Below are positions 25,817-32,000 of a DNA stretch of 32,000 nt, piece by piece (within the stretch, counting starts at the first letter, position 1; every line of letters begins with the position of its first letter). Origin of the DNA: Erysipelotrichaceae bacterium MTC7 (GTDB taxonomy: Bacteria > Bacillota_I > Bacilli_A > Erysipelotrichales > Erysipelotrichaceae). Where the stretch lies: contig LVZN01000004.1 of NCBI GenBank assembly GCA_001695645.1, positions 45,870-77,869 of the forward strand, in the 5' to 3' direction. The notes under the pieces are model-generated. The model did not search any database. It worked only from the letters and a program-made list of their open reading frames with translations, and was not told where the DNA came from. The position numbers were made by a program, and so were the translations under genes.

Positions 25817-28064
25817 GACTCATCAACTCCTCTTGGATATCTTTCGTTAAGTTAACGAAAATCGCACTGTATCCAGCAACTCTAACAATCAAGTCAGGAT
25901 AGTTTTCTGGATGTTTTTGTGCATCTTCAAGAACTCCGCGATCCACTACGGTTACCATTAATTGACACCCACCTTTTTTAAAGTATGTATCAAATAAGAT
26001 TTTTATTTTTTCACGGTCTTGATTAAACATTCTTGGAGTAAATTTAATGTTTTGCACACTACCACCATGATATTTTGCATTGAATGTAGATAGTGAATTC
26101 AACAAAGCGGTTGGTCCGCTTTTCGCTGCTCCACCTTGAGGGTTATTTGCAGGATTTAAGTAGACACCTTTTTTACGTCCATCAAGACTTGCACCGGTTT
26201 GGTGTCCCCAGTCCGTGTTGGTTTGATTATTACTAATCACAATTAAGTAATATTGCATGCCTTTTTCAATTCCACGATCACGAATTCCTTTTGCCACATA
26301 CTCGTACAGATCATTAGCTAAGCTATCACACGCCGTGTCATCATTTCCATACTTTGGTTCATCCCATAGGGCTTTACGAATTTCTTCATAACCTTCATAG
26401 TTTGCCAATGCTGCTTGCCATAATTGTTCAAGCGTATATTCTTTTTTATCAAAAACCAAACGTTTAACAGCGAATAAAGCATCCGATGTATTGATATTTC
26501 CGTAGGTTTCGTTGGTTCCACCTAAGTAGCGAACACCACCATCCAACAATGCTTTACCTTTGCTTAAGCAATCATCCATTAAGATGGATGTAAATAAGAA
26601 ACTCACTTCTTGGTTCATCACTTCATAACTGTGGTATTGTGCTTCCACACTTAAATCGAAGTAGTAAGCCAAGACCTTCTTATACCCATTATACATCTCT
26701 TCAAAGGTTTTATAACTACTTAATTTTGGTAAATCGTATGGAACTTTGACTTTTTGATCCATCGGATCAATTCCGCCATTTAAAAAGATGTTATAAATCT
26801 TTGTTAAGTTCAATAAGGTATTTGGCGTACCTACACTTTGTCCTTGAATGACATATTCTCCACAACCAAAAGGAATGTATTGTTCTGCTGTTTTTTTGTC
26901 AACACGCATCGCGTATTGAACTGCAGGAACATTGACATCATCATTGTATAACGTTGGATAGGTTGCACCACTACCTAAACAATCGTAGGCAGCATCCATT
27001 ATATCCGATGGTGTATTTGTATCAAAACGTAACGTGAATTGTGGTTCAACGTATCTTGTTGCTTTACATACTTTTAAACACAGTCTTGCAAATGCATCTC
27101 CTGCTTCAGGATATTCACGTCCTTTACCCCCAACAATAATTCGACCATTCACTGTTGTACGGCGATTTTCGATCATCTTCCATAACGAAGCAACGTAACG
27201 GTATGCTTCTTTTTCATCGATCGTTCCATTAGCTAAATCGTTAACTAAGAACGGACCAAATACATCATCCATACGACCATAGTTAATAACTCCAGCAACT
27301 AGAGCGTATAGCCAGAATAGTTGCATTGCTTGGTGAAGTGTTTTTGGTTTTTCGTGTTTGATCACTTTTAAATCTTGTTCCATCAAATCAAGATCACGTA
27401 ATCTTGATGCACTTGCACCAACACGTGCCTGTTCAATTTTTACCAATTGCGCTTCGATGACTGTTTGCAGCAATTCGATACTTTCTGCAGCAGCTTTGAT
27501 AAACTCGTTTTGCTCTTGCTTTTGGATGTGATCGAAAAGTCCATCCAACCCTAGACACATCAACTTTTTGTAGTCCAGCATCATACCACTCAAACGCGCA
27601 GTGGCCATGAATGGATATTCACAATCGATAAACCGCCCAGTTGTTGTGTCGTTAAGAACATCTTGAGCGTAGATTGCTTTTACATCGTGTTCAACCCAGT
27701 AATCGTAAAGATCATCGACACGCTTTTTTTCATCCGCATGATCAAGTTCATCTTTAAACGCACGTAACTTATGGAACACACAGTAGTGACCAACCCCACC
27801 TACGCTTGTTACACTACCAAATCCGATGGGTAGAAAATCCAAGCGTCCAGCTAATAAGTCATCTTCTTCAATCGAACGAAAGTTTCTTGGAAAGATCGTT
27901 TTTAAACATTCAATTTCTCTTTTCGCTTTATCAAAGCCACTATGTTCTTTGTGTGCTTTGGTATATGCCTCCATGATTTCCAATTGTTCGATTGGTGTTT
28001 TTTCACTTGCAATTTGTTTTGATACTTCGACGTTTTGTGCGCCATCTACGCTAATCCTTTTCAT
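25800..28064 (-). CDS. glycyl radical enzyme, PFL2/eliminase-like, substrate unknown
   Basis: 754 aa. C-terminal glycyl-radical motif IVRVAGYSAIFVNL (Gly731, codon 25872-25874). Cys-loop IPFGCGEYV (Cys401 at 26862-26864, Glu403 at 26856-26858). AAGGAG RBS. Confidence 0.85.
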   Translation of the reverse strand: MKRISVDGAQNVEVSKQIASEKTPIEQLEIMEAYTKAHKEHSGFDKAKREIECLKTIFPRNFRSIEEDDLLAGRLDFLPIGFGSVTSVGGVGHYCVFHKLRAFKDELDHADEKKRVDDLYDYWVEHDVKAIYAQDVLNDTTTGRFIDCEYPFMATARLSGMMLDYKKLMCLGLDGLFDHIQKQEQNEFIKAAAESIELLQTVIEAQLVKIEQARVGASASRLRDLDLMEQDLKVIKHEKPKTLHQAMQLFWLYALVAGVINYGRMDDVFGPFLVNDLANGTIDEKEAYRYVASLWKMIENRRTTVNGRIIVGGKGREYPEAGDAFARLCLKVCKATRYVEPQFTLRFDTNTPSDIMDAAYDCLGSGATYPTLYNDDVNVPAVQYAMRVDKKTAEQYIPFGCGEYVIQGQSVGTPNTLLNLTKIYNIFLNGGIDPMDQKVKVPYDLPKLSSYKTFEEMYNGYKKVLAYYFDLSVEAQYHSYEVMNQEVSFLFTSILMDDCLSKGKALLDGGVRYLGGTNETYGNINTSDALFAVKRLVFDKKEYTLEQLWQAALANYEGYEEIRKALWDEPKYGNDDTACDSLANDLYEYVAKGIRDRGIEKGMQYYLIVISNNQTNTDWGHQTGASLDGRKKGVYLNPANNPQGGAAKSGPTALLNSLSTFNAKYHGGSVQNIKFTPRMFNQDREKIKILFDTYFKKGGCQLMVTVVDRGVLEDAQKHPENYPDLIVRVAGYSAIFVNLTKDIQEELMSRELFD

Positions 28065-28076
28065 ATTTGCTCCTTC

Positions 28077-28826
28077 TTAGTGTTTTGCTTTTTCAGCATC
28101 TCTCCAGTTATCTTGATATCCACTTAGTAAATCCACGAAACGTTTTGCAGTTAAGTGTGGACGTGTAATCGCACTACCAACAACAACACTATGCGCCCCT
28201 AAGAAAATACATTTCATTGCATCTTCCGGTGTGTATAAGTGACCTTCCATCATCACGTATGCATCATCCTTAAAATCACGACACATTCTTGCAAATTCAC
28301 GTAAATCCGGCTCTTCAATATGGGCAGTTTCTTTTGTATACCCATATAGCGTTGGTGCAATGATGTCTGCTCCATTTTCAATCGCACGTTTGGCTTCATC
28401 ATAGTTTGAGATATCAGCGAAAATAATTGCTTCAGGAATTTCTTTCTTTACTTCCTTAATCAAATCCCAAGCTTGTGTTTTTTCGTGGGTGATTTGACTT
28501 GTACAGTCTAAAGCAATAATTTCTGCTCCAGCTTCCCATACTTGTTTTGCGCTTTCTAAAGTTGGTGTAATGAACACATCTGTATCATCATGCCAGATTT
28601 TGTATAAACCAATCATCGGTAAATCCACTTTATCTTTAATTGCTTTGATTTGTTCGGGTGAGTTTGCACGAATGGCAACCGCACCAGCCCACTTTGCCGC
28701 TTCTGCCATTTTCACAACAATGTCATCCGTGTAAATTGGATCATCGTGTTGAACCTGACAAGAAACAATCAATCCTCCTTTTAAACTTTCTAACAAGGTT
28801 CTTTTCTTTTCATCTGTCGTTTTCAT
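28077..28826 (-). CDS. NanE-family (ManNAc-6-P 2-epimerase-like) protein, divergent 249-aa paralogue
   Basis: GGLIVSCQVQHDDPIY, AVAIRAN, LPMIGLYKIWH, IALDCT and VVGSAITRP are colinear with the nanE at 4978-5649 but clearly diverged, with a 25-aa C-terminal extension. ATGA overlap with the upstream DeoR gene. Confidence 0.7.
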   Translation of the reverse strand: MKTTDEKKRTLLESLKGGLIVSCQVQHDDPIYTDDIVVKMAEAAKWAGAVAIRANSPEQIKAIKDKVDLPMIGLYKIWHDDTDVFITPTLESAKQVWEAGAEIIALDCTSQITHEKTQAWDLIKEVKKEIPEAIIFADISNYDEAKRAIENGADIIAPTLYGYTKETAHIEEPDLREFARMCRDFKDDAYVMMEGHLYTPEDAMKCIFLGAHSVVVGSAITRPHLTAKRFVDLLSGYQDNWRDAEKAKH

Positions 28827-29545
28827 TCAACTTCTCCTTCTTCTGTAATGATGCTTGTAAACTCTAGAGTATCTGCATATGCATATGTAGCTTGTATTTC
28901 ACTTTTACTTGTGTCGACCAAAAGGTAGTTATTTTTGCTACGACGTAAGACCATTTCTTTAATCAAACCGTTGTCAGCTTCTACCACATAGACTTTTCCT
29001 TCTTCCAAGGAATATCCGTTTGCACTAAGGAAAGCGCGATCAAAATGTAAGCGACTGACTTCAGAAATCGTTTTTGATCCCCAAGTCATGTTGTACTTTG
29101 GATTGAATGTTCCTCCAATTAATGTCACTGGAATGTTATAGGTGCGAAAATGACTAACCAAATACAGTGAATTCGTCACAATTTGGACATTTCGACCAAC
29201 CAAATGCTCAACCATGTATAGCGTTGTTGTCCCTGAATCAACAAAAATGGTCTCACCATCTTGAATGCAACTGACAGCTTTTCGGGCAATGATTTCTTTT
29301 GCTTCTTTCTGTTCGAGAATTTTCTCTTCAACAACAAGTTCATCCCCCTGGTTTACACGTTGAAAGCTTGAGGCAATAGCACCTCCTCTTTCACGCATCA
29401 ACTGTCCCGTATCTTCTAGTTTTCGTAAATCCCTTTGAACTGTTGATAGCGAAACTTGCAAGTCACTTGCCAAGGTATGAATATCTATGGCTTGATCCTT
29501 TTGCAGTTGGTCTAAAATATAATACAATCGTTCTTTTGCTAGCAT
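28823..29545 (-). CDS. DeoR family transcriptional regulator (first gene of the GRE operon)
   Basis: The ORF track starts at TTG 29551. The ATG at 29545 (MLAKERLYYILDQL) has AGGAG 7 nt upstream. HTH (IHTLASDLQVSLSTVQRDLRKLE) plus a DeoR C-terminal domain. Confidence 0.85.
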   Translation of the reverse strand: MLAKERLYYILDQLQKDQAIDIHTLASDLQVSLSTVQRDLRKLEDTGQLMRERGGAIASSFQRVNQGDELVVEEKILEQKEAKEIIARKAVSCIQDGETIFVDSGTTTLYMVEHLVGRNVQIVTNSLYLVSHFRTYNIPVTLIGGTFNPKYNMTWGSKTISEVSRLHFDRAFLSANGYSLEEGKVYVVEADNGLIKEMVLRRSKNNYLLVDTSKSEIQATYAYADTLEFTSIITEEGEVE

Positions 29546-29565
29546 ACACAATCTCCTTCACTCAC

Positions 29566-29594
29566 AATATAAACCCATCGCACGTCATATTCAA
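29566..29594 (-). promoter_or_regulatory. candidate sigmaA promoter of the DeoR-NanE-like-GRE-activase operon
   Basis: On the minus strand: TTGAAT (29589-29594), 17 nt, TATATT (29566-29571). It lies 21 nt upstream of the ATG at 29545. Confidence 0.45.
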
Positions 29595-29618
29595 TCACTT
29601 TATGTCATATTCGGTCAC
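29584..29618 (-). promoter_or_regulatory. phased direct repeats in the GRE operon leader (candidate DeoR operator)
   Basis: GTCATATTCAATCAC (29584-29598) and GTCATATTCGGTCAC (29604-29618) are 13/15 identical and 20 bp apart. The first copy overlaps the -35. A third core, TGTCATATT, lies at 29691-29699. Confidence 0.5.
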
Positions 29619-29825
29619 ACCAAGTTTTTTTCTGGTGATTCCATATTTCAAATCTTGGTTTTTTTCAATAATTAATTTCTTCACATTATGTGTCATATTA
29701 TTGTGCCACGTGTATCGTTACAATATAAATGTAAAAATAAGAAACACTCTTATATTTACAGATCATTGACTTGATCAAACATCCACACTTGTGTGTGAAG
29801 AAGATTTTTAAGGAGGATATACGAT

Positions 29826-30359
29826 ATGAGAAAATTCTTAAGTATGTTTTTAGTTTTAGGGATGATGTTTGCATTGGTTGGGTGCAACGAAGGAGAAGCA
29901 TCAAAAAAAGAGGATGTAGAAGAAATAGAAAATGATGGATCTGACACAAAAAAAGAAGATGAAAAAGTGTATGGAATTGGTGAAGTCATTGAATACGCAG
30001 AAGACGATGATGTGAAATACACCTTTGTAATTAACTCTGTTAGCTTGAGTGAAGAGCGAAACCAGTTTGAGGAATCAAATCCTGCACAAGTTGTTAAAAT
30101 CAATTACAGTTATGAGAATGTAAATGACGATGAAGACGTTTATATTTCTTCAATGAACTTCACTGTTGTTGATGGTGGTGGAAATGTGTGTGATACTTAC
30201 CCTAATGGTGGTGAATACCCACAAGCAGCACCAAAAGGCGCAAAGTCATCAGGTGATGAGTTTTATGGTTTAAAAGAGACAAGTACAAGTATTAAGCTAC
30301 GCTTTAAACCTGCAATGTTTGGTGGACCAGAGGTGCAATTTGAACTTCCAATTCAATAA
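29826..30359 (+). CDS. putative lipoprotein (Ig-like DUF4352-type domain suspected)
   Basis: 177 aa. Signal peptide with the lipobox LVGC (Cys20), an acidic linker, then a beta-rich domain. AGGAGG RBS 9 nt upstream. Confidence 0.65.
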   Translation: MRKFLSMFLVLGMMFALVGCNEGEASKKEDVEEIENDGSDTKKEDEKVYGIGEVIEYAEDDDVKYTFVINSVSLSEERNQFEESNPAQVVKINYSYENVNDDEDVYISSMNFTVVDGGGNVCDTYPNGGEYPQAAPKGAKSSGDEFYGLKETSTSIKLRFKPAMFGGPEVQFELPIQ

Positions 30360-30378
30360 ATAATATAAAAGTCATTGA

Positions 30379-30438
30379 TAAAAATCCCCATCAATTCGGT
30401 TACTTGATTTGAAAGTAAACCTATGATGGGGATTTTTA
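30379..30438. terminator. long bidirectional terminator hairpin between convergent genes
   Basis: 15-bp perfect outer stem TAAAAATCCCCATCA (30379-30393) / TGATGGGGATTTTTA (30424-30438), with an inner GGTTAC/GTAAACC stem in the 30-nt loop. Confidence 0.75.
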
Positions 30439-30506
30439 AATTTAGTATTTCGAATCGAAACAATTTGATGAGTATTTTCTATACTATAATAGTTATGCGT
30501 TCGATC

Positions 30507-31868
30507 TTAGTTTTCAATTCTAGTAAATATCGCAGTTACCATATCATTGAGGAATTTGTCTAGTTTTCTTGCATTAAGTAAATCACTATTGTCTTGTTCT
30601 TTTACATCAAGATTACGCAGAGCAGCAAACAACTCTTTAACTTGAATATTGATCGAAATCGAAACTGTAAATGAACTCATATTTGACTTCAAAAACAAAC
30701 TGTTAAATTTATTTTTGAATGTCGTCATATCGACTATATCTTTATATTTTTCTATGGATAATTCTAAATCGAATGGCAGTTGATCGTTTGTTATATGATA
30801 ACGACGACCGACTTCTTGAAACAATGTTCTTAATTCTTCTCTTGTTACATCTCTTTTGAATTCCACATCTCCAAGCCAGGTACCCCAGTTATTTGAAAAT
30901 TTTAAATTTGGTGTAATTTGTATTTCAAATAATTGGTCTTTCACACAAATTGTCTTTTCATGAAGAATTGATAATTTATTTGTCTCGCTGTATAAACTCT
31001 TTCCTTGGGTAACATTATTACCTGGGTGGATACGCATACACACATCTCCATCACTTACTTGTAACGACATCATCGATACATATCCTTTATTATATTTCGA
31101 TAAATCAATCCAATAATCGTTACGTTTTACAGTATATTCATAGCTACTTTCTGCATCACCCTTTAATAAATCAATTAAGTAATTTAGCCGTTTTTTAATC
31201 AGATCTTCTTGTGTCACATATAATTGAGATAGTGGTAGTTCTGGAAAGAAATCTGGTAATCTATTTTTCACATGTTCAATATAATCATTTAAAATGATAT
31301 CCTGTCCATTCAATTCGTCATTCAGATCGAGTAACTCAGTCAACACTTGTTTCCAAGTTACAGATACTAACTCATGACCTTCTAAAGTAACATCACCATC
31401 TTTACGTTTATTAGAATATGCTTCAATCTGGGAGATTAACTGTTCCCTAGCATCTTCATTAGTTTTTTTTGCTTCAATTAAGATCAATGTCTTTCCAAAT
31501 AAAATTGATATATCGGGAATAAGCCTGTCATTTTCATCCACTTCAAAATCCACAAATTTTTCAAAGTTTCCTAAGCTCTCGGTAGTTAGGGTAATTCCTA
31601 CTAAATTGTCGATAGCAAAATCCATCTTTGCTAACTCTTTGATTGACTTTTGAATCATTACTTCTTGATCTGCTATATCTTTTGTGCTGTAAATTGAAAA
31701 TGTATCATGCTTGTTTGCTTTCAACTCACGATCAATAAACTTTATGAATCGATTCATACTAATCTCACTATTTTTTAAAACAATTGAAAGATTTCTTGTA
31801 GAGTTATTTTCAATTGGTAAAGCATCTTTTTGTGTAAAATATTCAAAAATATTCAATTTGTTTCTCAT
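30507..31868 (-). CDS. hypothetical protein with a PD-(D/E)xK nuclease-like motif
   Basis: 453 aa. RLIPDISILFGKTLILIEAKK gives D119 ... E132-A-K134 (31467-31517) in the canonical beta-strand spacing. Spot counts show it is much more AT-rich than the rest of the window. GAGG RBS. Confidence 0.5.
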   Translation of the reverse strand: MRNKLNIFEYFTQKDALPIENNSTRNLSIVLKNSEISMNRFIKFIDRELKANKHDTFSIYSTKDIADQEVMIQKSIKELAKMDFAIDNLVGITLTTESLGNFEKFVDFEVDENDRLIPDISILFGKTLILIEAKKTNEDAREQLISQIEAYSNKRKDGDVTLEGHELVSVTWKQVLTELLDLNDELNGQDIILNDYIEHVKNRLPDFFPELPLSQLYVTQEDLIKKRLNYLIDLLKGDAESSYEYTVKRNDYWIDLSKYNKGYVSMMSLQVSDGDVCMRIHPGNNVTQGKSLYSETNKLSILHEKTICVKDQLFEIQITPNLKFSNNWGTWLGDVEFKRDVTREELRTLFQEVGRRYHITNDQLPFDLELSIEKYKDIVDMTTFKNKFNSLFLKSNMSSFTVSISINIQVKELFAALRNLDVKEQDNSDLLNARKLDKFLNDMVTAIFTRIEN

Positions 31869-32000
31869 AATACCTCATCCCTCACATTAATATGACTCTA
31901 GACATGTCATATCTAGTTTCAGTGTGAACTACCCCCACTTAATCTAACGATTTGAAGTGTGAGCTTCGTGGAAACAGAGTGTACTTGATATTGTATCAGC

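Noticed and set aside
25800-28064. Annotating the GRE as pyruvate formate-lyase, or as choline, glycerol or propanediol lyase/dehydratase.
   Set aside because: There is no Cys-Cys pair (the loop is GCGE). There is no formate channel, pta/ack, microcompartment shell, aldehyde dehydrogenase or related genes nearby. A specific known substrate cannot be asserted or excluded without phylogeny, so the substrate is left unknown.
29443-30103. ORFs 29443-29769 (+), 29698-29949 (-) and 29756-30103 (-) spanning the DeoR/lipoprotein intergenic region.
   Set aside because: They overlap the promoter/operator region or run antisense to the lipoprotein gene. They lack RBSs and translate to low-complexity sequence.
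30448-30460. Palindrome TTTCGA-A-TCGAAA downstream of the nuclease-like gene.
   Set aside because: It is short, has a 1-nt spacer that cannot form a hairpin loop, and lies next to a much stronger terminator. It is likely chance in AT-rich DNA.
1-32000. Search for tRNA, rRNA, CRISPR repeats, IS elements, integrases and prophage genes.
   Set aside because: I saw no periodic direct repeats with spacers, no cloverleaf-like GC-rich segments in intergenic regions, and no transposase- or integrase-like ORFs. All large ORFs are accounted for by metabolic, regulatory or hypothetical genes.

Overview
The window looks like a low-GC Gram-positive (Firmicutes-type) anaerobe chromosome segment: AGGAGG-type ribosome-binding sites, spot-counted GC about 38-48% in most genes, and 32 of 35 intact CDSs plus one pseudogene on the minus strand. 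I saw no rRNA, tRNA, CRISPR array, transposase or integrase. The content is overwhelmingly phosphosugar metabolism. From left to right: (1) deoC, patatin-like lipase, cardiolipin synthase and a membrane protein. (2) An operon of two cupin-type sugar-phosphate isomerases, a 580-aa PMI-like protein, a GntR/HutC regulator and nanE. (3) A lone plus-strand GT14-like glycosyltransferase. (4) manA followed by a split mannose-family PTS (IIA, IIB, IIC, IID). (5) A frameshifted alpha/beta hydrolase. (6) A long DeoR - HPS - PHI - PMI - MFS - membrane protein - 2x Cof-HAD phosphatase operon. (7) A monocistronic DeoC-like aldolase. (8) C_GCAxxG_C_C plus a DeoR regulator. (9) DeoR - NanE-like epimerase - glycyl-radical enzyme (GRE) - GRE activase. 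(10) A lipoprotein and an AT-rich PD-(D/E)xK nuclease-like orphan at the right edge. The best candidate for an undescribed system is operon 9. It holds a compact eliminase-type GRE (Cys401-Gly-Glu403, Gly731) translationally coupled to its radical-SAM activase. The GRE is co-transcribed with a hexose-6-phosphate 2-epimerase homologue and sits next to a class I DeoC-like aldolase. None of the gene context of characterised GREs is present. Other notable signals are a perfect 12-bp palindrome (ATGTTATAACAT) shared by two sugar operon leaders, phased direct repeats in the GRE and aldolase promoters, and a homopolymer-associated frameshift. All functional calls rest on motif and family recognition by eye; no database search was run.
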